From contig CAVRWE010000002.1 of NCBI GenBank assembly GCA_963724895.1, forward strand, positions 138,629-202,628: a stretch of DNA of 64,000 nt. The letters are read 5' to 3'. Shown here piece by piece: positions 45,740 to 54,572 of this stretch. The notes beneath the pieces are model-generated. The model saw only the letters and a list, made by a program, of their open reading frames with translations. It did not search any database and was not told where the DNA came from. Both the position numbers and the translations under genes were made by a program. Numbering within the stretch: the first letter of the stretch is position 1; each line of letters starts with the position of its first letter. Source of the stretch: an uncultured Actinomycetes bacterium (lineage in GTDB: Bacteria; Actinomycetota; Thermoleophilia; Gaiellales; Gaiellaceae).

Positions 45740-46081
45740 GCGAGCTGCCGCTTGGGTGGCCGAAGGTCGGCGAGGTCGGCCAGGTCTGCACAGAACCGCG
45801 CCGACGACGAGGTCGAACGCGTCCCTACCTCCGGAACAAGAGACATCGACGTCGGAGATCGGGGAGCGACGGTGGAGCGCGAGATCGCTCAAGCAGCCGA
45901 GCTCGTTGGGCGACCGCGGACGAGGCGAGCTTGGGTCTTGCAGAATCCCTGACAGATTCGTCCCTACGACGGTCACGAGCCATTTCCTTTACCTCTTTCT
46001 CCACCATCGCGCCGAAGCGCGGGAAACACGCGCTCTCATCGAATCGGTTCTCGTCCGTCGAGTTCCCGGTGCCGCCGCTGA

Positions 46082-46101
46082 ACGAGCAGCGGCGGATCGT
46101 G
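46082..46101 (+). repeat. 20-nt direct repeat, copy 1 (HsdS conserved region)
   Basis: ACGAGCAGCGGCGGATCGTG is identical at 46082-46101 and 46707-46726. Confidence 0.9.
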
Positions 46102-46706
46102 GCGGCGATCGAGGAGCACCTCTCGCCGCCTCGACGCCGCCGATGCATCGCTACGACAGGCGCGCTGCGCCGCGCTGCGACACGCTCGAGGCGTGTCGCA
46201 GGCACTGAGCCATTGCGACGGCAACTGGCCGACCAGACAGCTGGCGGAGAGTCAAGTGGTCCGAGCGGCCGATTCGACTACGGAATGCTGATCGTCAGAA
46301 GGGCACATCGATCGATGCGAGGTGCTCTACGTCCGGGTGCGTGACTACCCGCGCGACATCATTGAGCTGGACGGTCTCGAGCAACGTCGAAGGTGATCGC
46401 GCGAAGTACAACCGCGATCGCACGCTTCTGGCGAATGACGCTGCTTCATGGCGATTCGATCGGAACGTACGGGCCGAGTTGCGATCGTCGGCCGCGCGGA
46501 ACTCGATGGTGGTGAATATCACCCAAGATCACCGTCCGGATCGCGCCGCTGACCGCGAGTTCGATAACCGCGAGTTCGTCGCGTAGCCTGCGAAGCGACG
46601 CTCGCGCAGCGTTACTTACGCCGGGTCGCGCGTGGTGTCAGCCGTGACAGGGAGTCAATATCGGCGATCTTCGGACTGATGCCGCTGCCACGTGCCAGCC
46701 GCTCGC

Positions 46707-46726
46707 ACGAGCAGCGGCGGATCGTG
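46707..46726 (+). repeat. 20-nt direct repeat, copy 2 (HsdS conserved region)
   Basis: Identical to 46082-46101. Both copies encode the (N/H)EQRRIV segment. Confidence 0.9.
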
Positions 46727-47060
46727 CGCGGAGGTCGAGGAGCGGCTGTCGCGGATCGACGCGATGCGGGCGTCGATCGAGCGCGCGCAGCACCGCTCGC
46801 AAGGCTCTGCGCGCCGCGATCCTCGAGCGTGCCTTCCGCGGCGAGCTCGTCCCGCAGGACCCGTCCGACGAGCCCGCCGAGGCCCTCCTCGCCCGCATCC
46901 GCGCCGAGCGAACGGACACTCGAACGGTCACCAGAAGGGGCAAGTAAGAAAACACGCTGCATTCAAGCCACTTTCACGGTTGGAGTTAGGGACACACTCG
47001 CTGTCGCGGAGAGCGCGCAACGTTGTGTATACGTCAGCAACCGTTGATACTCTGGCATAC

Positions 47061-47669
47061 GTGGCTCGGACATCGTCACCGTTCTTGCTCCCCCTGTTTC
47101 GCTCGCAAGCGCAGGCTCGGCTGCTCGCCCGGATCTACCTCGAGGACCGACCGGCGCCGCTTGCGGACATCGCAGCCGAGCTCGACCTCGATCGCGGCGG
47201 GCGTGAAGCGTGAGGTGGATCGGCTCGAGCAGGCCGGACTCGTAGCGACGCGATCGCGTGGGCCGCCAACGCCTCGTTCGGCCGAACCGCGGACTCTCCG
47301 TACTACGACGATCTCCTCGGGCTCGCTGATGACAGCCGTTCGGCCCGGCAGCAGTCGTCGGCGCCCGCGCTCGCCGACATCGACCGGCGTCGAGCGCGCG
47401 TATCTGTTCGGATCCTGGGCGGCGCGATACACCGGTGAGCAGGGCGTACGCGCCAGACGACGTCGACGTCCTCATCGTCGGAACGCCCGACAGAACGTCG
47501 AGGTGTACGCGATGCAGCCACGCGCGCTGTCGGACGATCTTGCATCGGCGAGGTGAATCCGACGATCGTCGTCTCGCGAATCGCTGGGACGCGCTCGGAG
47601 CGAGGGCTTCATCCGCGACGTGAACGAACGCGCCACTGATCGCGCTCGACCTCGACCGCGGACGCGTGA
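47061..47669 (+). pseudogene. Winged-helix (ArsR/MarR-like) + nucleotidyltransferase (MNT-like) protein, frameshifted
   Basis: Pieces lie in different frames: VARTSSPFLLPLFRSQAQARLLARIYLEDRPAPLADIAAELDLDRGG | REVDRLEQAGLV | GVERAYLFGSWAARYTGEQG | DDVDVLIVGTPDR | EVNPTIVVS.... The end coordinate is approximate. Confidence 0.6.
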
Positions 47670-48115
47670 CTCGCGCCGACGTCGAGCAGAACTCGTCGCT
47701 GACGGGACGCTAAGGCGTACCACGTCCGACGACGAGGCGCGCCACGCGCGAGCTCGTGACGGTCGCATCAGCAGCACATCGCGAGCTCGCCGTGCTCGAT
47801 CGCAGACGTGGACTCGGCGGGTGCGCTCGTGCGTCGCATACGACGCAGCTCGCAAGGCGATCGAGGCGCACATGCGAAGCGAGGGACTCGGGTTGCGAAG
47901 CGGCGAAGGTGGTCACGCGAAGCTCGGCGAAGTACGCTGTCGCGGCCTTCGGGGACTCGCCCGCCGTCGAGAGCTTCCGCGATGTTCGACCGCGTTCGTC
48001 GCCTTCGCAACAGCGTCGCAGTACGACGCGTTCTCGGTCGAGGATGCCGACGTCGTGTTCGCGCTCGAGCAGGCCGAGGCTATCGTCGCGGCTGTGGAAG
48101 CGGATCTCTCGATGA
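47666..48115 (+). pseudogene. HEPN-domain partner protein, frameshifted
   Basis: Pieces are VTRADVEQ | ELVADGTLRR | AYDAARKAIEAHMRSEGLGLRSGEGGHAKLGE | YAVAAFGDSPAVESFRD | RRLRNSV | QYDAFSVEDADVVFALEQAEAIVAAVEADLS. An ATGA junction with hsdM lies at 48112-48115. Boundaries are approximate. Confidence 0.55.
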
Positions 48116-49580
48116 GCGCGCAGAACGGCCTCGTCCAGCGGCTCTGGAACTACTGCAACGTCCTGCGCGACGACGGGCTCTCGTACGGCGACTACGTCGA
48201 GCAGCTCACGTACCTGCTCTTCCTGAAGATGGCGGACGAGCAGACGAAGCCGCCGTTCTCGCGGCCGGCGATCGTGCCCGAGGGGCTCGACTGGCCGTCG
48301 CTCGCTCGCGCGCGACGGCGACGAGCTCGAGGCGCACTACCGCCACGTCCTGAGCGAGCTCGGGCAGCAGCCCGGGATGCTCGGCGTCATCTTCCGCAAG
48401 GCGCAGAACCGGATCCAGGACCCGGCGAAGCTGCGGCGGCTGATCGTCGACCTGATCGACCGCGAGACCTGGCTGACGCTCGACGCGGACGTGAAGGGCG
48501 ACGCCTACGAGGGCCTGCTCGAGAAGAACGCCGAGGACATGAAGTCGGGGCGGGCCAGTACTTCACGCCGCGGCCGCTGATCAAGGCGATCGTCGAGGTG
48601 CATGCAGCCCGAGCCGGGGATGACGATCTGCGACCCGGCCTGCGGCACCGGCGGCTTCCTGCTCGCCGCGTACGAGTACGATCGCGCGGCCAGCGGGATG
48701 CTCGACCCCGACCAGAAGAAGCTCCTGCGCGACGACGCGTTGCGCGGCTGGGAGATCGTCGACAACACCGCGCGGCTCTGCGCGATGAACCTGTTCCTGC
48801 ACGGGATCGGCTCGCGAGGACGCGCGACGAGCCCGATCGCGGTCGACGACGCGCTCGCAGGCCGACCCGGGCACGCGCTTCGACATGGTGCTGACGAATC
48901 CGCCGTTCGGGAAGAAGTCGTGCGATGACGATCGTCAACGACGAGGGCGAGGCCGAGCGGGAGAGACCTCGTCGTCGTCGCGCGACGACTTCTGGGCGAC
49001 GACGTCGAACAAGCAGCTCAACTTCGTGCAGCACGTGAAGACGCTGCTGAAGATCGGCGGCCGGCGCGGTGGTCGTGCCGGACAACGTGCTGTTCGAGGG
49101 CGGCGCCGGCGAGACGGTCCGCCGGAAGCTGCTCGCACGAGTGCGACGTGCACACGCTGCTGCGCCTGCCGACCGGCGATCTTCTACGCGCAGGGCGTGA
49201 AGGCGAACGTCATCTTCTTCGACCGCAAGCCCGCGTCGGAGGCAGCGGCAACGCGCGAGCTCTGGGTCTACGACCTGCGCACGAACCAGCACTTCACGCT
49301 GAAGCAGAACCCGCTGCGCTACGAGCACCTCGACGACTTCGTCGCGTGCTTCGCCGCGCGGGAGGAGACCGAGCGGTTCAAGCGGTTCACGTACGAGCGA
49401 GCTGCTCGCGCGCGACAAGGTCATCCTCGACATCGTCTGGCTGCGCGACGAGTCGCTCGAGGACCTCGAGAACCTCCCGCCGCCGGACGTCATCGCGCGG
49501 AGATCGTCGAGGATCTCGAGGCCGCGCTCGCCGAGTTCTCCGCTGTCGCCGAGTCGCTCGGCGAACCGGCCGAGAGCTGA
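48112..49580 (+). pseudogene. hsdM: Type I R-M DNA methyltransferase HsdM (N6-adenine), heavily frameshifted
   Basis: All the following are present but in changing frames (about a dozen shifts by my manual reading): MSAQNGLVQRLWNYCNVLRDDGLSYGDYVEQLTYLLFLKMADEQ (HsdM N-domain), AGQYFTPRPLIKAIVEV, ICDPACGTGGFLLAAYEY (SAM motif I), FDMVLTNPPFGKK (motif IV) and IFYAQGVKANVIFFDRKP. Confidence 0.85.
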
Positions 49581-49601
49581 GCGCCGTCTACACTCGACGG
49601 A

Positions 49602-50105
49602 GTGGACGAAGCTCTGGCGGCCGCAGTGATCCTCGGCTGGCCGCTCGCGTTCGGCTATCTCGTCTGGCGCTTCCAGCGCATGCCCGGAGAGCTCTCGGAT
49701 CGGGAGGAGGAGCGACTCCTGGCGGAGTTCAGCGAACAGCAGGAGCGCGAGCGGCTGCTCTCGCTCACGAGCGACACGGGATGGCGCGTGCCGTACGCGG
49801 ACGCGGTGTCGCTCGAGGGGGAGCGCTGGTGGACGACGCGGTGGCGGACCGGGTCCACGCTCCTGGTCGTCCAGGAGAACGGAGTGTTCGACCGGTACTG
49901 GTGCGCATACGAGCTGTGCAGGCTGGAGCCACGCCTGATTGCGGCGCTCCCGATGTCCGAGTACCGCTCAGCAGAGGAGCTCCTGGCGGACGTGCCCTCC
50001 ATCTACTCCCCCAAGGTCGACTCGCTCGCCCGGTGGACCCAGGTGCCGGCCTACGTCGGGCGCTCGCTGGCCGCGACGGCCGCGTGGGTCGGCCGCAACG
50101 CATAG
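49602..50105 (+). CDS. Hypothetical protein with an N-terminal TM segment (167 aa), intact
   Basis: It starts at GTG 22 nt after the hsdM stop. The product reads AAAVILGWPLAFGYLVWRF, then a charged helix (SDREEERLLAEFSEQQERERLL), then a Trp-rich domain. No family was recognised. Confidence 0.5.
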   Translation: MDEALAAAVILGWPLAFGYLVWRFQRMPGELSDREEERLLAEFSEQQERERLLSLTSDTGWRVPYADAVSLEGERWWTTRWRTGSTLLVVQENGVFDRYWCAYELCRLEPRLIAALPMSEYRSAEELLADVPSIYSPKVDSLARWTQVPAYVGRSLAATAAWVGRNA

Positions 50106-50897
50106 CTACGAGCGCCGCGGCGGAAGCGGGAACGAACGACGCTCGTCGTGCGCTGGTACTCGGCGTAGTCGGCTCGCGAGCGGAGCGCCTGCGCCTCGGT
50201 CGCCGGGATTCCGGTCACGCGGAAGAGGAGGAAGAGGAGAACCGCGGGCACGAGCCACGACACCCACCCCGACGGCGCAGCGGTGGCGACGAGCGCGACG
50301 CCGCACCACGTCACCCACTCGAAGAAGTAGTTCGGGTGGCGCGACCAGCCCCAGAGGCCCGAGCGGGCAGTCCGTCGCTGATTCCCGGGATCCGCGCGCC
50401 AGCGGGCGAGCTGGCGGTCGGCGACGATCGTGCCCGCGTTGCCGATCGCCCACACGGCGATCCCGAGCCACTCGAGTACCCCGATGCCGCCGGCCGGGTC
50501 GAGGGCGATGAGCGCGAACGGCAGCGAGAAGAGGACCACGGCGAGCGCCTGGAGCTGGAAGAACCAGAAGAAGTTCCGGTTCGCAGCTCGTCCCCACTTC
50601 GTGCGGAGAGCCCGATACCGCCCGTCTTCCTCCTTCCCCAGCACCCGGTCGAAGAAGAGGTAGGTACCGAGGCGGAACCCCCAGATCGACGCGAGCAGCG
50701 GCGGCGAGGAGGCGCTGGCCGTCGTCGCCGTCCGCGAGTAGCGCATACGCGATGGCGGCGCAGGCGATCAGCACGGCCCACGCGACGTCGACGAAGCTCG
50801 CGTCGCGAATCCGGACCTGGACGACCCAGAGCGCGGCCATGACGACCGACGCGAGCAGCGCGCCGACGAGGAGGAGGCCCCAGACCGAGCCGATCAC
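50106..50897 (-). pseudogene. DUF1295 / steroid-5-alpha-reductase-like (ICMT-fold) membrane protein with 1-2 frameshifts
   Basis: The N-terminus starts at GTG 50897 and overlaps the MMPL stop (GTGA): VIGSVWGLLLVGALLASVVMAALWVVQVRIRDASFVDVAWAVLIACAAIAYALLADGDDGQRL. The middle part is in ORF 50051..50746: LLASIWGFRLGTYLFFDRVLGKEEDGRYRALRTKWG...GLWGWSRHPNYFFEW...AEYQRTTS. The likely true end FPLPPRRS* is in the first frame again. Shifts lie near 50700 and 50135. Confidence 0.7.
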
Positions 50898-53018
50898 GCC
50901 GCTCCTTCCGGGGAACGAGCGGCCGCGACCGGCGTCTGAACGGGGCGCTCGCGGCGCGAGAGCGCGGAGGGCCACCAGGTCCGCTCGCCGAGGGAGAACG
51001 TGAGCGCCGGTACGAGGATCGAGCGCACGACGAACGTGTCGAGGAGGACGCCGAGCGCGACCGTGATCCCGATCTGGGTCAGCGCGACCAGCGGCAGGAC
51101 GGCGAGCACCGAGAACGTGCCGGCGAGGACGATCCCCGCGGACGTGATGACGCCTCCGGTGACCGCGAGCCCCTTCAGCATCGCGTCCTTCGTGGGCAGC
51201 ACCTGCGCCTCCTCGCGGACGCGCGCCATGAGGAAGATGTTGTAGTCGATCCCCAGCGCCACGAGGAAGATGAACGCGAACAGCGGGTAGCTCGGATCCT
51301 CGCCCGGGAAGTCGGCGAAGAGCTCGAACACGACGAGGCTCAGTCCGAGTGCCGCGAAGAACGAGATGCACGACAGTGGCCATGAGCATCACCGGCCCGA
51401 GGATCGCTCGCAGCAGCACGACGAGGATCGCGAAGACGACGAGGAGCACGAGCGGGACGAGGAAGAGGGTGTCGCTCCGCACGGCCGCGCGGAGGTCGTG
51501 CTCCTCGGCCGTCGCGCCGCCCACGAGCACGGCGTCACCGCCGGCCGCCCTCAACTGCTCGCGCAGCGGATCGACGAGCGCGAACCCCTCCTGGCCGAAG
51601 GGGTCCTCGGCGAGCGTGACGGTGAACAGCGCGCCGGGCGGGCCGGTCTCCGCCCGGCCGACGGCGACGACCTCGGGTGCCGCCCGGGCAGCCGCGACCA
51701 CCGCCTCGAGCCGGCCCGGATCGGTCACGATCACGGTCGTCGGTGCGCTCGCGCCGGTGGGGAACGAGCGCTCGAGCAGCCTCTGCCCCTCGACGGCCTC
51801 GACGTCGCCGCGGAACGCGTTCGCCGTCGTGAGGCTCGTATCGAGGCTCAGCGTCCCCAGCGCGATCGCCAGCAGCGCGAGAGTCGTCACGACCCAGACG
51901 CCGCGATGCCGCCGTTCGATCCACGCGCCGAGCCGTCCCCAGAAGCCGCGGCGCCAGGCCGTGCCGTTCTCGGCGCCCTCCTCACCTTCGAAGCGCGGGA
52001 CGAACGGCCAGAACGCTCGCCTCCCGCCGATCAGGAGAAGCGCGGGCAGGACCGTGAGCATCGCCGTCGCCGCGACCGCCACGCCCATCGCGCCGACCGG
52101 GCCGAGACCCGCGATCGAGTTCACCGACGCCAGCGAGAGGCAGAGGAGCGCTGCGACGACGGTGCCGGCCGACGCGAGGATCCCTGGGCCCGCCCGGCGG
52201 ACCGCGATCCGCATCGCCTCGTGCTTGTCCTCGTGCCTGTGGAGCTCCTCGCGGTAGCGAGCCGTGAGCAGGAGCGCGTAGTTCGTCCCCGCGCCGAACA
52301 CGAGCACGAGCAGGATGCCGCCCGTCTGTCCGTTGACGACGACTCCCGCGTCGACGAGGAGCGATCCGAGCCCGCGCACGAGGGCCTCTGCGAAGAAGAC
52401 GGCGAGGAGCGGAAGGACCCAGAAGATGGGGCTGCGGTAGATGAGCACGAGGAGGACGAAGACGAGCGCCGCGGTGGTGAACAGCAGGGTCGAGTTGATG
52501 CCCTCGAAGGCCTTGCTCGCGTCGGCCGAGTATCCCGCCGCGCCCGTGACCTTCGCCTCGAGCCCGTCCCCGGACGCGGCGGAGACGGTCTCGCGGACGG
52601 ACTCGACCGCCTCGATCAGGACCTCCTCCTCACCCTCGGCGACGATCTGCGCCACCACGAGCGCGGCGTTCCCGTCCTCTGAGTACTGCGGCGGGCTCAC
52701 CTCGACCACGCCCTCAGGCGGAGAGCCGGCGAGCTCCGCGCGTGCCTCCGCGATCGCCTCGCGATCCCCTGCGGTCAGGCCGTCCGTGCGCGCGAACACC
52801 GCGATCGCGGCGACACCCTCCGCGGACGGGAACTGGTCTGCGAGCTCGAGCGCCCGGACGGACTCCGCGTCCTCGGGCAGGAAGCTCGACGGCTCGTTCT
52901 GCTGCTTCGACTCGAACTGGCCGATCAGCGGGCCGAGCGCGACGAGCGCGGCGAGCCAGACGCCGAGCACGACGAGCTTCGATCGGCGTCCGGAGACGAG
53001 ACCGGCGATGAGGTTCAC
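50894..53018 (-). pseudogene. MMPL (RND-superfamily) transporter with one frameshift
   Basis: About 550 aa from GTG 53018 are intact (MNLIAGLVSGRRSKLVVLGVWLAALVALG...LRAILGPVMLMATVV). The sequence then continues one frame over: ISFFAALGLSLVVFELFADFPGEDPSYPLFAFIFLVALGIDYNIFLMARVREE.... The shift is near 51368. Confidence 0.8.
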
Positions 53019-53060
53019 GCGCTCATTCTATACAGAATCTATACAGAGATGTGACAGGAG

Positions 53061-53915
53061 CTAGGCGAGCTCGTGCCAACGGCGGTACCGCACCGCGCGG
53101 CGCGCCGTGCGCTCGTCCACTCCGCGCTCGAGGAGCTGCTGCCGCACCTCGCCCTCCTGGGCCATGCGCAGGAAGAGCCACGCGATCGCCACGATCGTGA
53201 CGAGCGAGCCCTCGATCATCATCAGCGAGCCGGCGAGGCTCTGGTCGGCGGACGGCGTGAGCCCGAGATAGTCGTCCCCCGTTCCGTAGACGTCGTAGAA
53301 CGGCGACCCGCCCCAGACGAACACGTTGCCGATCACCGTTGCCACGAGCCGCACGCCGAGGATGTAGACGAGCTTCGCGCCCGTTCCGAACCACTCGGGC
53401 GCGGGCAGCGTCTCGAGGACGGGGAGCCAGAGGACGAGCCCGGCCGCGAAGAAGCAGACGTGCTCGAGCGCGTGGATCGCGCCGTTCTCGACGGCGCCCT
53501 CGTACAGCACGGGCAGGTGCCAGAGCGCGAGGTTCGCCGCCCAGATCGGGAGCGCGACGAAGGGGTTCGCGAGCACGCGGAGCCGCATCACCCCGGGCAG
53601 TGCGAGCAGGGGTCGGAGGATTGGACCGGTCACTCCGGCGAGGAGGCAGAGCGGTGCGAGGTCTCCGAGCAGCAGGTGCTGCGCCATGTGGAACGAGAAG
53701 AGCTCGTCCTCCGCGACCGCGGCGAGCGGGGAGGCCACCGCGACGAGCAGGAGCGCGATCCCGAGCGCGAACAGCGCGATCCGCCACCCGGGGACGGGCT
53801 GCCCGCGCCGGGAGAGCGTCCGCGCGCGCACGGTGTACGCGGTCGCGAGGACCACGATCGGCAGGAGCTGCAGCGGGTCGAGCGTCCAGCTCGTCAGCAG
53901 CGAGACGGCGAGCAC
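53061..53915 (-). CDS. Cytochrome c oxidase assembly factor CtaG (Caa3_CtaG family) membrane protein
   Basis: From GTG 53915 the product reads VLAVSLLTSWTLDPLQLLPIVVLATAYTV...FSFHMAQHLLLGDLAPL...ALWHLP...IHALEHVCFFAAG.... The upstream 150 codons of ORF 53061..54377 were rejected. Confidence 0.75.
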   Translation of the reverse strand: MLAVSLLTSWTLDPLQLLPIVVLATAYTVRARTLSRRGQPVPGWRIALFALGIALLLVAVASPLAAVAEDELFSFHMAQHLLLGDLAPLCLLAGVTGPILRPLLALPGVMRLRVLANPFVALPIWAANLALWHLPVLYEGAVENGAIHALEHVCFFAAGLVLWLPVLETLPAPEWFGTGAKLVYILGVRLVATVIGNVFVWGGSPFYDVYGTGDDYLGLTPSADQSLAGSLMMIEGSLVTIVAIAWLFLRMAQEGEVRQQLLERGVDERTARRAVRYRRWHELA

Positions 53916-54017
53916 GCGGTCACTGTAGAGCCGCGGCGGCGTGCGGCCGGACCGGCAGTGGATTCCCCGATGCCGAGGATGCTCCCGCGGCCGTACCGTT
54001 GGGGAGAAGGAGGTGTC

Positions 54018-54563
54018 GTGAAACCTCTCTGGGCACTCCTCGCGGCTCTGTTTGCGCTCGTCGTCGTCGTTCCGGCCGCGTCGGAGCCTGCGGAGCGATC
54101 GTCGACCACGGCCGTGCCGCCCGCGTCGGCGTTCCTGCCAACGGGCATGTTCGGCCCGAGGCAGATCCTGTTCTTCGGATACCCGAAGTCGCTTACGCGC
54201 AGCGGCGGCTGGTACTCCGTGCGGGTCGACCCGACCCTCATGTTGACCGGAATCACAGGGAGCACCGCAGGCGTCGAGGACGGAGTCCTGCGTCCCGGTG
54301 AGGCGCCCCCGAACGACTACTACGAGCGGAACGAGAGCGCGCGCCTGCTTACGTACCGCGTTCCGGCGAACGCCCACGTCACGGTGATCGTCAACCCGGG
54401 CGAGGGGCCGCGCTCGGCGGTCGTCCCCGTCTCGGAGTTCGCGCAGATCGTCAAGGGCAAGAACCCGAAGAAGCGCCCGGGGCTCTGGGGGCCTGCGTCC
54501 GGTTTCTGGATCCGCGTCCGGGGCGACACGGCGCTGGCACTCGATCAGGCGTACAGGCCGTAA
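54018..54563 (+). CDS. Hypothetical secreted protein
   Basis: GTG 54018 follows GAAGGAGG. The signal peptide is VKPLWALLAALFALVVVVPAASEP. The rest of ORF 53073..54563 is an antisense shadow of ctaG. Confidence 0.6.
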   Translation: MKPLWALLAALFALVVVVPAASEPAERSSTTAVPPASAFLPTGMFGPRQILFFGYPKSLTRSGGWYSVRVDPTLMLTGITGSTAGVEDGVLRPGEAPPNDYYERNESARLLTYRVPANAHVTVIVNPGEGPRSAVVPVSEFAQIVKGKNPKKRPGLWGPASGFWIRVRGDTALALDQAYRP

Positions 54564-54572
54564 CCGCCCCGC

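Larger units (their letters stand above)
45736..46947 (+). pseudogene. hsdS: Type I R-M specificity subunit HsdS, disrupted
   Basis: GTG 45736 overlaps the hsdR stop (GTGA), and the product starts VSELPLGWPKVGEVGQV. Two conserved spacer regions are present (FPVPPLNEQRRIVAAIEEHLS and ...EQRRIV..VEERLSRIDAMRASIERA). The C-terminus reads AILERAFRGELVPQDPSDEPAEALLARIRAER...RRGK*. Lower-GC TRD-like stretches lie between them, and several frame changes and stops occur. Confidence 0.8.

Noticed and set aside
43111-46344. A 1077-aa ORF, the longest in the track, spanning the purF end, hsdR and part of hsdS.
   Set aside because: It is a chimera. Only scattered segments in this frame match HsdR. The rest is Arg/Pro/Ala-rich out-of-frame translation, which is typical of long open frames in GC-rich DNA. 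It also overlaps the intact purF.
53073-54563. A 496-aa plus-strand ORF.
   Set aside because: Its first ~315 codons are antisense to the CtaG-like gene and are Arg/Glu/Asp-rich. Only the last 181 codons form a plausible gene, starting at GTG 54018 with a good Shine-Dalgarno sequence and a signal peptide.
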